This document shows positions 36,075 to 50,400 of a DNA stretch of 64,000 nt, piece by piece. The translations under genes and the position numbers were made by a program. Source of the stretch: the human T2T-CHM13v2.0 reference genome, Homo sapiens; assembly GCF_009914755.1 (NCBI RefSeq), contig NC_060941.1, one strand, 5' to 3'. Numbering within the stretch: position 1 is the stretch's first letter; the number at the start of each line of letters is the position of its first letter. The notes beneath the pieces were generated by a model. The model saw only the letters and a program-made list of their open reading frames with translations, had not been told where the DNA came from and searched no databases.

Positions 36075-36345
36075 ACATAGGGGTTAAGGATACCGTCTCT
36101 GGAGTCAGACTACCTGGATCCAATGGTAACCTCTCTGTGCCTCAATTTGTAGCTCCCTCATTTTATAGCTGTGGGATTTGGGGGCAATTACTTAACCTCT
36201 CTGTGCCTCAGTTTCCTCATTTGTAAAATGAGGATGCTAGTTCCTTATTTCTTAGCACGGTGGCCATTAGAAAAACTATACTTGTAAAGAAAGCTCTTAG
36301 AACAGGCTGGGCATATAGGGAGCAATCAATACCTGACAACTATTG
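36075..36345 (+). mobile_element. MIR (with internal 18-bp insertion)
   Basis: ctctggagtcagac..cctgg..ctcagtttcctcatttgtaaaatg. Confidence 0.8.
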
Positions 36346-36389
36346 TGATTTCTTGATCATGTCAAGCTGCCTTCCAGATTAGAGTTTTC

Positions 36390-36740
36390 ACCTCTGCTGT
36401 TCCCCGCGCTGGGAAGGCTCTTTCCCACTCTCTTCACCTGGGTAACACCTTCTCTTCCCTCATGTTTCAACTTAAATGTCACTTCCTCAGCGATGCCCCC
36501 ACGTCCCAGGCCCCTAGCCTACCCAGCCTTTGTTATACTCTGTCACATGGCCCCTGCACTTCCTTGTAATGCTCATCATAGTTGCAATTGCACAGCTGTT
36601 TGTGTTACAGTTTATTGAACATCTGCCTGCCTTTCCCTGTAGACCGTAAACCTTAGGAGAGCAGGGACTGTGTCTGTCTGGTTCCTGCTGTGTCCATAGT
36701 GCCTGGCATACCAAAGGTGGTCAATAAATGTCTGTGCACT
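36390..36740 (+). mobile_element. L2 3' end
   Basis: aaatgtcacttcctcag..gcagggactgtgtctgt..gtgcctggcata..tcaataaatg. Confidence 0.75.
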
Positions 36741-38257
36741 GGATAAACCACATAGGTTTACAGCTGCAGGTGCATGGATGCCTGGGTCAGAGGCCATCTG
36801 GACTCTTGTCTAATGGCAGAAATCCAAAGTCACAGGCTTCTGACCCCTTTGTTTGATGATGGGCTTCTGATGAAGGGCTTCTGGGCCCTTCAGCTGCCCT
36901 TTTCAGGCCAGGGAGTCTGGGAGGGAATTCTTGAGGATCAAAATCCATGTTGTAGATGACCAGCTGGCCTGGAGACATCAATTGGCAGAAGTGATGGAAT
37001 GTGTACGGAAAGATGCAGCTGCCCTGCTCAGGAGGGACTTCATCCTTGCTTTGCTAAACCAGCTGAATTCCAGGAATACCAGCGAGGGGATTGGGTCATG
37101 TCATACCTGCCTCTCGAGACAAGCAAGCCGAAAGCTGAAGGGGGCAGGGAGGTGCTAGAACTGCAGAGAGAAAGGAAGGGCCAGATGTACGGACCGGAAA
37201 AAGCCCTGTAGCAGGTGGAGGTGAATATAATTAATGGAGCCCAGTGAGCAAGTCTGCACATGCCAACGTCAAAACCTCATCCCAAGGAGCCATGGTCTCA
37301 CTAACCCCATCCCTGAGAGGGCAGAGCAAGAATAGTTTGAGATTGACATGCCAAGCAAATGTATAGCAGGAAATTCTCCTAAGCCAGGGGTTTGGTCAGA
37401 GGCCCTGGCCCCTGTGGCTAAAATCAGGATTATGTCTGTACTGATTTACTTCCCAGCTGGGTTTCAGGAAAAGCCTCAAAAAGACCACAGGGTTGTGCCT
37501 CAGATTGGCACATGAGGCCAGCTTCCCTTGGGTCTGTGCTTTCTGGACAAAAAGCTAATACGAAGGGAGATACTCAGAGGAAAAGGCCCCATCCCACAGC
37601 CTCCCTCTCTCTATAGCCCCCTTTGAGTCTTGGCAAGTGTATTTGTGACAGCTAGAACAAATCAAATGTATTTTACAAGTTTAGCCTCAAGCAGACCAAG
37701 TGCCAGCTTTGGTAGACATGTCCAAAGGGATTTTGACCCTGGACTAGTGGTTCTCAATGGAGATGCTATTGTTCATTTAGAGATTTGGGGGGTCGTGGCT
37801 TTGGCTGTCATAGTGATTGGCAGTCACTACTACCATTTAGTTGTCAGGGACCAGAGGTACTATATGTCGTCAATGCATGTAAGCAACCATTGTGCACAGG
37901 AAAGGGTTGTCAGCCTTCCCCTACAACTTTTAGATACCCCACTGGATATTCATGTAGATAAAATATAATCTGTGCTCAGAGCCTACCTTTATTTTGTTTA
38001 TGTACACAAAGGTTTGGTTTGGTTAGGTTTTCACAATTTTAACATACACTGCAGTTTCCAGGAAGGCAACTTTACCAAGTGCTGTTGCCTACTTTGGAAA
38101 ATCACGTTACCTGGGGCAATGCCACTCTAGGTGCTCTAGGTGTTGGAATTACCAGAGCAACACATCTCTATCAGACCTCATTTGTTACTATGGTGTTCTT
38201 GGTAATGCTACACCTAGGTGCAAGCAGCTGACTACTTCAATATGTCATCTAACATAG

Positions 38258-38600
<343 letters not shown>

Positions 38601-38705
38601 CATGTTATTTTATTATACTTGGCTTCTTCTTCTTCATATTGTGTTGATATAGTGGAGGAAATTATGGATGTTGGAAGGCAATATGATAAAGGGGTGTGTT
38701 ATATA

Positions 38706-39015
<310 letters not shown>

Positions 39016-39370
39016 AAGGGTGTGTTATAGAATATTTGTTACAAAAAAAGAGGATGATGCTGTGGAAAAACTCAGACAGGTGCATCACTGCCTTGGTTGG
39101 ATGGCAGTACATGAGTCCACATGGAGCTAACGCTTTACCCAAACCATGCCCTTTATTTGTAGACATCCACTATTTTCTCTAAATAGAAGAAAACTTTTTT
39201 TAGTGAGTGGAGCTGATTAGAAAAAATTTGTTCCATTATAGTTGATATCGTTATATATAACTCACAGATGGACCCACATCACTAGCAAACTATTTGTATC
39301 GTTTCTCCAAGCCCAGCATTTACTGTGCGAGCCACCTGGGGGCCATTTTTGTTGCCCGAGGTGGTGCGCC

Positions 39371-39388
39371 TGCGCCACCTGGTGGACT
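39371..39388 (-). promoter_or_regulatory. CTCF motif (reverse)
   Basis: Reverse complement reads GTCCACCAGGTGGCGCA; CpGs are locally retained. Confidence 0.7.
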
Positions 39389-39663
39389 ACGGGAAAGTAG
39401 CAGATCGGTGAGATGGGTTGAGGCACCTTCATTTGCAGATGGGTAGGCAATAATAACATGAATATTATCAGCTAATGCACTTATAGGGTGCCTATAAGTG
39501 CATTAACTCCTGCAGAACTCACAAAATCTTTATGACATATAGTCACTGTTATCTCCTTTTTGCCCATGAGGAAACCGAGGCAAGTAGTGAGTAGAGAGGC
39601 AGAGCTGGGATTTGAAGCCTAGTGGACTGGCTCCACAGTTGCTGCTTTTAATCACCCTGCTAT

Positions 39664-39825
39664 AAGCTGGGCATGGTGGCACACAGCTGTAGTCCCAGCT
39701 ACTTTGGAGGCTGAGGTGGGAGGATCACTTGGGCCCTGAGATGGAAGTTGCAGTGAGCTGAGATTGCAGCACTGCACTCCAGCCTGGATAACAGAGTGAG
39801 ACCCTGTCTCAAAAAATAATAATAC
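39664..39825 (+). mobile_element. Alu right monomer (FRAM)
   Basis: Alu consensus. Confidence 0.85.
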
Positions 39826-39974
39826 AATTAAAAAATTAATCAGTCTGCTATGGACTTGCAAGTAGCTGCTCTCTTGGGAGACACTATTCTGAGAGTCAAA
39901 GGCTGTACTGTGAACATAGGGCCGCCTTCAGCCATCTCTTTCAGGGCAGTAGGGTTACAAAGACAGAGAGAAAG

Positions 39975-40270
39975 GATGGTGTGCTCAGTGGCTCACACCT
40001 GTAATTCCAGCACTTTGGGAGGCCAAGGTGGGCGGATCACCTGAGGTCGGGAGTTCGAGACCAACCTGACCAACATGGAGAAACCCTGTCTCTACTAAAA
40101 ATACAAAATTAGCTGGGCGTGGTGGCGCATGCCTGTAATCCTAGCTACTCGGGAGGCTGAGGCAGATGAATCGCTTGAACCCAGGAGGCAGAGATTTCAG
40201 TGAGCCAAGATTGCTCCATTGCACTCCAGCCTGGGCAACAAGAGCGAAACTCCATCTCAAAAAAAAAAAA
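39975..40270 (+). mobile_element. AluSp-like
   Basis: Alu consensus. Confidence 0.92.
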
Positions 40271-40534
40271 GAAGAAGAGGAGGACTAGAAAGAGAGTACC
40301 TAGTATTAGGACATGGTAAGATCTAGAAGAGTCTTGCCATTGTATGGACCATGGCAATCTTTGTGCCTACTGTGTGAGGAGGGTGTTTCATTCTTTTGGC
40401 AATGAAGGGTTCTAGAATGGCTGAATCCCTAATTATGTTGCAAGCTTCGTGAAGGAAAAGTACACATTCCCTGTTCACTTCTGTGTCACCAGTATTTACC
40501 CCAGGACCTGACAGGTATTGAATGTTCAATAAGT

Positions 40535-41605
40535 ATTTTTATTTATATAACATCTGTGTTGAGATATTCATATACCATAAAATTCATCCATTTAAAATTT
40601 ACAATTCAATTGTTTTTAATATATTCACAGAGTTCTGCAACCATCACTGTAATCAATTTTATCACCCCTAAAGGAAACCAGGTTACTATTAGAATTCATT
40701 CCCCGTTACCCCCAACTCCTATCTCTAGCCCTGGCAACCACAAATCTACTTTGTGTCTTTATGGATTTGCCTATTTTGGACATTTCATTATAACTGGAAC
40801 CATACAATTTTTTTTTGTTGTTGTTGTTGTTTGTTTGTATGTTTTTTTGAGATGGAGTCTCGCTGTGTCGCCAGGCTGCAGTGCAATGGCGTGATCTCGG
40901 CTCACTGCAACCTCCGCCTCCCAGGTTGAAGAGATTCTCCTGCCCCAGCCTCCTGAGTAGCTGGGACTACAGGCGCGCACCACCGTGCCCAGCTAATCTT
41001 TGTATTTTTTAGTAGAGGTGGGGTTTAACCATATTGACCAGGATGGTCTCGATCTCTTGACCTCGTGATCCACCCACCTCGGCCTCCCAAAGTGCTGGGA
41101 TTACAGGCATGAGCCACTGCACCCGGCCCACAGTCGTATTTTTTGACTGGCTCCTTTCACTTAGCATAATGTTTTCAAGGTTCATCCACTTTGCAGCATG
41201 TATCAATTCTTTATTCTTCTTAATGGCTGAATAATATTCCATCGTATGGATATATTGCATTATATTTATCCAATCATTAGTTGATGGACATTTGGGTTGT
41301 TTCCAGTTTACGGCTATTGTGAATAATTCTGTTATGAACATTTGTGTATAAGTTTTTGTGTGGACATGTGTTTTCATTTCTTTTGGATGTATTCCTAGCA
41401 TTGCAGTTGCTGGGTCATATGTAAATATGTAACTTTACATTTAACCTTTGAGGAACTGCCAGAGTATTTCCAATGGCTGCACCAGTCTACATTCTTACCA
41501 ACGAGGTATAAGGGTTCCAATTTCTCTATATCCTCGCCAACACTTGTTATTATCTGTCTTTTTTATTACAGCCATCCTAATCATTGTGAATTGGTTTTTC
41601 ATTGT
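40535..41605 (-). mobile_element. L1MB-type 3' end split by an Alu
   Basis: ORF 41009-41401(-) LGIHPKEMKT..WKQPKCPS..IHTMEYYSAIKKN is the L1 ORF2 C-terminus. Confidence 0.88.
40808..41128 (-). mobile_element. AluS
   Basis: Alu consensus. Confidence 0.92.
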
Positions 41606-41907
41606 GGCAGGGCTGTTGCTTTTTAATCATAGGCAAATAAACACCCAGCCTATTGAAGCTGGATGGTACCACAACAACCATGTGGTCCAATTTGTTCATT
41701 TTATAGGAGAAGCAACAAACGTGTTAAGAGAATAAGAAACTATCTCAAGGTCACACTTAGTAAAGGAGGCAGTAACAGAACCTATAGATTTTTTTTTCTT
41801 TTAAGAAAGAAAGGAAATTAAAGCCAGATGGCATAAAAAGAGAGATAGAGAAAGAGAGTCTTCTATAAAACCTAGGAGAAATTTCTTTAACCATAAAACC
41901 AGAAGAT

Positions 41908-42597
<690 letters not shown>

Positions 42598-42998
42598 GCA
42601 CAAGACAGACAATGAATCAATAACTAATAAAGGATAGTCATAAATAGTTAGTCATGGATCCTCTACTACGTCTTAGGTGCAGAACATGGTAAGTGCTTTA
42701 CATTTGCTTCCCTGTTTAATGCTAGCAACATGCCTATTTTAGAGAGTTGAAGTGTAAATAAAGGATTATGACCCTAGACTCTTATATCTAACTACTGTCT
42801 GTGTATAAAGTAACAGACAATCTGAGACATGCGAAGACTCAAAAAATCCACCGTCCATCCACCCTTCCCCCAAGGGTTACTCAAAGTAGCATTTCAGTGG
42901 TGTGAGAAATTAATCAAAGTAAGGAACTCAGGAATGAGGAAATCATTTACGTAAATGAAATGACAATAAACAATGTAGGCAGAAAAACTGAGTTAGAA

Positions 42999-43370
42999 GG
43001 CTGGGTGCAGTGGCTTACACCTGTATTCCCAACACTTTGAGAGGCCAAGATGGAAGGATCACTTGAGGCCAGAAGTTCCAAACCAGCCTGGGCAACTCAT
43101 TGAGACCTTGTCTCTACAAAATAAAAAGTGTTTTAAAAATTAGCCGGGCGTGGTGGCATGCACCTGTGGTTTCAGCTACTCGGGAGACTGAGATGGGAGG
43201 ATCTCTTGAGCCTGGGAGGTCAAGGCTGCAGTGAGCCATGATCCCGCCACTGTACTGCACTCCAGCCAGGATGACTGAGCAGGGCCCTGCGCCCCCACCG
43301 CCCCCCGCCCCCACACACACCTGCGCCCCCACCGCCCCCCACCCCCACACACACCCACTACCAAAAAAAG
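42999..43370 (+). mobile_element. AluJ with C-rich repeat in its tail
   Basis: TSD AGAAAAACTGAGTTA 42981-42995 and 43371-43385. Confidence 0.9.
43286..43353. repeat. 2 x 34-bp C-rich tandem repeat
   Basis: CCTGCGCCCCCACCGCCCCCC(G/A)CCCCCACACACA twice. Confidence 0.85.
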
Positions 43371-43499
43371 AGAAAAACTGAGTTAATTATGAACGTAGTT
43401 TGAAATCACAATGCCAATGTCAAAAAATGATTCTTCAAAGAGCAAGCATATGATGTAAAATTTTAATAATGGCCTGAAGCTAGGATCCTAGTTTATGCC

Positions 43500-45960
43500 G
43501 GCAAACCTGTGTCCTCCAGCAGCCTTAAGCTCGGCAGAGATTCCCAGGCGCCGGCCTCGCGGGTGAACTGTCACACGTACCCAGAGCTTGGAGGAGGCGC
43601 GCCGGGGGAGTGTTGTGCTGGGGATTCCCAGGCCGGCTCCTGCTTCTCGCCTGATGAATGTGGAGTTCCTTCAGCCATCCCTCGGATCCTCTTAAACTTT
43701 TCTAAGTTTCAGGAGTGTGAATGACGCATTCCCCTAGTGTTAAGTGGCGACAGTTCTCCCTCTATTTTATCTCTTCAGTCATTTTAATGGTCATTGGGGG
43801 AGGCGTGTCAGCAGACCATCTTGGATGAAGGGCAAAAAGACCAGTTAGCATGGAATTGAGGTTTGTCGCTGGTGATGGCAGTGGGGACATGATCGCACGT
43901 CCTTGGGTCAGACTTCTCAGCTCTCTCCTCCCCATTTTTACCCCCAGCACTCGGTCAAACAAACAGACAAACAAAAAGACCCCTGCAACTCCCAGACAAA
44001 CCAAAGCTAGAGTGTGTAGGTTGGGTGGCTTTCTGTTGGATAGTTGTGTGTCCCAAGTTACACGCATCCTATCTTGGCCCAGCTCCACTGGAGCCCGAGC
44101 GGCGGGGCGCAGGGTGCGAGCGGGAGGCTGGTGTTCTGCCCGCGATGGGCAGGGGAGCCGGGTGGCCGCGGGGCGAGGAGCCGCGAGGGCCGGGCCGGCG
44201 TGACACCACCTGGCGGAGTCTCGGGGAAGAGTCTTAAAGGCGCGCGCTCCTCCGTGCCCCGCGCACTCGAACGGGAGCCGCGGAGAGCTCGCCTCCCGCT
44301 GCCGCCGGCGCCTCGGGGAGGTAAGTGCCACCCGCGGATCCCGAGTCGCGGCCGGGTGGGGGCGGCCCGCGGCTGCCCCGCGCTCGGGAAGCTCTGGCTG
44401 GGGCTGCGGTCGGAGGGCGGCGCCCAAGTTTTCTTGAAGGCCTCGGAGGGCAGCTGGAGCGGCGTAGAGCCTGCGCGGGGATGGCGGGGGTGGCCGCGGG
44501 CCGGGGCCGTCTGGGGGCGGCCATCCCGGGCGGTGCGTGGAAAAGTAGGCACTGGTGCGCGGCGAGGGGCGCACGCCAGAGCCCCAGCCCCGCGTCCTGC
44601 GCACTTGGCGCGCTCTGGCCGCGGTCCCGGCGAGCCCCAGCCTGCTCCGGGCCGCGACCCCGGCTCCGCGCCTTCCTGCCCGCCCGGGTCCTTTGTAGCC
44701 CGCTGGCCCCGCGGTCGCGCACGGTCACGCCGGCAGGTCGCGCTCGGCGGCCGGCCAAGCCAGCCCCGGCCCTGCCGCGCCCGCGCCCCGGGCCACCCCG
44801 CCCGGCCCCCTCGGCGCTGCACCCCTCGCTTTCCCCATCTCCAGCCGCTCGCTATTTTCACACCTCCCGGTGCCCCGGCCCCGGCGCCTGATTCAGTGCT
44901 TAGTAATTAATTTGGCGTTTCAGAATGGTCAGCGGGCTGGATAATGGGTGCATTCATCCCCCGGGCTAATCTGAACAGAGGTGGGAAGAAAGGCTTTCAC
45001 AGACAGAAAATGCCATTCGCCGAGCGCTCAAAGGGGCTGTCACTCCCAGAATAAATCGCCGCCGCGCCCGCCGGCTCCTCTGGCCATTTCCATACAGCTC
45101 CGGCCCGCGCCGCGGACCCGCCGGCCTCGGCCTCGGCTCCCGGGAATCACTCACTCGAGTGCCTTCGACGGGAAAGTCGGGCGAGAGCTGGACCCAGGCG
45201 GGGGCCGAGGGAAACGGGGAAACTGGAGACTCGGGTGAAGGCCGCAGGGGACAAAGAGATTGATTAGAAAATCAAACGCGCATCTAGAAGGAGGCGCAGG
45301 CGACTGCTCAAGGCGCGGACGGCGGAGCTGGGGCTCGGGAGCGTCCGTCCAAAACCCCCGAGGTTCGCCAAAGAGGAGGGCCCGCGGCCCAGACCCTCCG
45401 GAGCGTGCCCGAGGCGACACGGCAAGCTTCTGGGGCTCCCAAATTGTGAATGGAGTTCAATGCACAAGCATAGATAGTAGAAACAGGGTCGACCTGCACA
45501 GACTTTTTATTCCGAGTTCCTTGTGCTATCAGCCCCGTCGCCCTCGCGGCCTGGAAGGTGACACGGTGTCTTCCCCGGCCTCCTGCTCGCCACCCCTGTT
45601 GGGACCCTCGGGTCCGCCTGGGGACATCTGCTGAGCGGGTGACGGAGGCTTTATCCTTTGATCCCTTCTGGATCCGGTGACGCGCTAAGTGTTGGGCACG
45701 TACGGCCTACGGAGTTTGAATGCTGGGGCCTTCCTGTTGCGGCACCCCCAGCCCACTGGTGCAGCGGGATCGTGCGCTCCCGCCGCAGCCCTAATCCAGA
45801 GGACCGCGCCGCGCCAGCGCCTTCAGCCAGGCTGTGGCGCCTCCAGTGGGTAGGGCTGGCTCGGCTCTAGCCAGGTGAAGCTCCAGACTCTGGATTTTCC
45901 CGTCTTCGGGGTTCAGCGTGTATCCACCTCACCCGGCCGACTTGGCCCTGGGCCCTTTCA
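43500..45960. promoter_or_regulatory. CpG island, probable distal alternative NTN1 promoter
   Basis: High CpG density, repeat-free, TATA-like CTTAAAG at ~44233, consensus donor at 44321. Confidence 0.85.
44255..44320 (+). other. NTN1: Candidate distal non-coding first exon (NTN1 alternative 5' end)
   Basis: GAG|GTAAGT perfect donor at 44320/44321, no ATG in the exon, same strand as NTN1; start approximate. Confidence 0.55.
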
Positions 45961-48274
45961 CCCAGTGGAATCCTGCCACTGGGAGAAGAGAAAGAGCTGT
46001 GGCTCTATGGCGAAATCTTAGCTCGGTTGAGAGGCAGAACTGACACAGCTGGGACGAAGGGGAGTTTCTGGAATGGCCAGATGCGTGTCCCAGGTGTGTA
46101 GGGGAGATGGAATCTCCGTACTACTCATCAACTTCTGAGTGGAAGTCATCCCTCCCCTCTGTGTCTGTTTCCTCATTTGCAAAACAAGGATAAAATGAGA
46201 TCACATGTGGCCCCAAGTAAGGGGGCTCTCAGTAGAAGGATCCCAGGCACCGCTCCCACCACTGACCACCAACCTTGCTGCACCTCCCCCGCATCTCTCC
46301 ACGTCTTCACCAACATTCTCCTGGGAGCTTTAGCGACTCCCAGATTTTCTCTCAGGCTGCCTCCACCCACCCCTTGTGGCTTTCGGGTTCTGATATCCAG
46401 CTGTCCTTGAAATCACGCTTTCTAAGAGTTGGAAACATCCTTCCACAGATTCTAGAGCCATTATACAGATAGTGATATTGAGGCCTAAAGTGACTTGCAG
46501 TTGTCACCCAGCTAATTAGAGGGCTTGAGCCAGAATGGATTTCATGGCAAACAGTGAATCTCGGACTCTGGGCATCAGACTTCCAACCGCCCCCACCCCG
46601 ACCCAACACACACACACATACACACACACCCTCCCTCCTCCTCCCCACCGCTGCCCCACAGCTTCCCTACGTCTGGGGAGGGGCCCAGAAGGCTGCATTT
46701 TAAACAAGCATCCTGAAGCATGTTGATGCAGGTGGTATAAGGACCATATTTAGGGGAATGCAGCCCAAATCAGGTTCTTTACCTAGCAGGCCCTTCTCTC
46801 CCAGGACCATGGGCTTTGCTTGTTCTATGTGCGTCACATATGATCTGCAGAACAGTCTTTTCGGTGTCCTCCCAGACTGGAGGCCATAGTGGGTGAGGTC
46901 TATTTCTAGGAGATGCTCCAGTATCCTCCAGAATGTGCAGCCAATGAGGGAGCGGCAGGGGGTGAACTGTGCACCCAGCCAGATGAGGAGAGGCCAGAGT
47001 GCACCGCAGGCTGCCTGGATGTTGAGTCCCCAAACCCAGGGGCCTTCTCTTACCAATGTGCTTTCACAGCTGGACCTAACACTGCACACTGCAGGCCCCA
47101 CACAGACAGTACAAATGTGCCCAGAGGCCCCCCTTGGCAAGGCAAATCTGCCCACGCCAGGGACAGAGCAGCTGGCCATAGGGGGACCCATGCCAGCAAT
47201 AACCCAGGTGTGAGCTGTGGCCCAGAATGCCAGCACCTGCCCCTTCAGCATGCTGGGGTTTGGAGGTGTGAAGTGGGCGGTGGAGGGGCAAAGAGAAGGC
47301 CTGGAAAAGTGGAAGAAAGTGGGTAGGGGGAGGAGAAGCCATCAGGTACGGGGGTGGTGGGTAGTGGGGGGGACAAGTCCCTATTTATGTAAGCCATTTG
47401 TAGCTGCGAATTGTAAAACTGGGCAGGCTTCTCTGGAGTAATTCATAGTGTTTGGACAAGACAAACATTGTTCTGCTTTAAACAAACCTCCAGAAAGGTC
47501 AGCTTGGTTCATCCCTTTGCTGCGAGTCGCTGAGACTATCCAGATGATGAGAAAATCAGATCTTCGCTGAGGGGGCCCAGGCAGGAGGTGGTGGACTCCT
47601 GAGCCCTTTGGATGCTGAGCGAGGACACCCAGTGCAGGGAGGGGCCTTGGCTCTGTTGAAAAGGCTGGACTCCCAATCCGGAGCCAGGAGATGTGAGGTG
47701 TGTGTGTGCACATCACAGATTGTGAGATTTTGATGATGGCAAGGACATCATCCACATTCTAGGGCCAAGCCAACATGACGTGCAACATGAATCTTCTTTA
47801 TGTGGAAGAAGAATTGATGGGAAATGAAGGTTCATGGATGCAGAACCAAATTAACCCAACTAATGCTATGCCCAGATATGGCCCTGGACACCAAGAAATC
47901 CATGTTCCTTGCATATGGATGCCCTGGTAGGGCCCTTCTGTGTTCATTTAGCAAACATTTTTGAGTGATCACAATGTGTCAAGTTTTGTGCTGGGTACTC
48001 AGGGTTACAGTAGGGAACAAGAAAGATATATTAGTAGCACCCACTCTTGGGGCCTATAGTTCTGGGTTATCCTCTCCTTCCCTGTCTTCCCTAAGAAGAG
48101 AAGCTGTTCACAATTTCACTTCCAGCTTCTCCACCGCCATCATGGCCTCACCAAGCCCCCTGGCCAAGACCCAGCATACCAGCTCCCTCCACGGGGCCTG
48201 ACAGTAAGTGCTCAAGAAATGCTAGCCGCCATGGTTATAATTACGAGTACAATTGTGATTACGAGACTCCATTG

Positions 48275-48915
48275 TTTTCTTTTCTTTTCTTTTTTCTCTC
48301 TCTTTCTTTCTTTCTCTTTTTTCTTTCTTCCTTTCCTTTCTTTCCTTCCTTCTCTCTCTTCCCTTTCTTTCTTCCTTCCTTTTTCTTCCTTTCTTTCTCT
48401 CTGTTTTTCTTTCTTTCCTTCCTTCCTTCTCTTTCTCTCTTTCTTTTCTTTCTTCCCTTCCTTCCTTCTTTCTTTCTTTCCTTTCTTTTCCTTTCTTTCT
48501 TCCTTTTTTCTTTCTTTCTCTTTCTCTCTCTCTTTTCTTTCTTTCCTTCCTTCCTTGTCTTTCTCTCTTTCTTCTTTTCTTCTCTCTTTCTTTTTCTTTC
48601 TTCCCTTCCTTCCTTTCTTCCCTTCCTTCCTTCTCTTTCTTTCATTCATTCATTCTTTCTTTCTCTTTATCTTTCTTTCTTTTTTCTTTCTTCCTTCCCT
48701 CCCTCCCTTCCTTCCTTCCTTTCTTTTCTTTTATTTCTTTTCTTTCTTCCTTCCCTCCCTTCCTACCTTCCTTCCTTCCTTCTCCTTCCTTCCTTCCTTT
48801 CTTTCTTTTCTTTCTTCCTTCCCTCCCTTCCTTCCTTCCCTCCTTCTCCTTTCTTCCTTCCTTCCTTTCTTCCTTTCTTCCCTCCTTTCTTTCTTTCTTT
48901 CTTGCTTGCTTGCTT
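48275..48915. repeat. ~640 bp CT-rich low-complexity tract (TTTC/CTTC), expanded Alu tail
   Basis: Almost pure pyrimidine on + strand, adjacent to a minus-strand Alu. Confidence 0.95.
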
Positions 48916-49205
48916 TTAGAGATGGGGTCTCCTTCTGTCACCCAGGCTGGAGTACAGTGGCATGATCATGCCTCATTGTAACCTCCAACTCCTGGGCTCA
49001 AGCTATCCTCCCACCTCAGCCTTCCAAGTAGCAGGGACCACAGGTGCAAGCCACAATGCCTGCAAATAATTTATTATTATTCTTATTATTTTTGTAGAGA
49101 TAGGATTTTGCTGTGTTGTCCAGGCTGGTCTCAAACTCCTGGCCTCAAGTGTCCTCCCACCTCGGCTCCCCAAAGTACTGGAATGGCAGGTGTGAGCCAA
49201 TGCAC
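48915..49205 (-). mobile_element. AluJ
   Basis: Alu consensus. Confidence 0.9.
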
Positions 49206-49471
49206 TTGACTTAGACTCTGTTCTTGAGTGATCTATCTGACCCTGAGCTGAAGTGGATACTTTGTATTGATATTTACTATTCATTCTCATTGTCTTATTA
49301 TTAATGGCTTATTAACAATACATTATTGATGCTCATTAACACTAAAGCCCAGTGTCTCTGTGGTGCCAGTCATCACTGTCCTGTACATGATCTCTGTTTG
49401 CCCTGTAGTAAGCTTGGTGATGGCAGTATCACTGGATTTGCTGGTTCTATGCAACTTTTTAATTTAATTAA

Positions 49472-49786
<315 letters not shown>

Positions 49787-50005
49787 CAGTCTATGCAACT
49801 TTATGAAAATTGTTTAGGGCTTTGGACACTTTAGGGTCTTCTGCATATGGTTTTTTACTCAATACTCCTGATATCCATGGAAGGAAGAGAGGGCGGGAGA
49901 AAAAGGAAGGAAGATTACTATCCACATTTTTCAGAAGAGGAAGTTGATACTTACAGAGGTGAAGTGATTTGCCCAGCATCACGGAGATGTTAACGGAGGG
50001 GACTA

Positions 50006-50400
<395 letters not shown>

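Noticed and set aside
41009-41401. L1 ORF2-like peptides (also 19257-19577, 27765-27962)
   Set aside because: Short fossil fragments of old L1s, interrupted by Alus and stops; not functional genes
43762-44910. Overlapping 174-288 aa ORFs on both strands
   Set aside because: CpG-island artefact; ORFs open in several frames at once with low-complexity composition
48212-48965. F/L/S-rich and K/E/R-rich ORFs resembling membrane or charged proteins
   Set aside because: Translations of the CT simple repeat; same for 25330-25834 and 33669-34432
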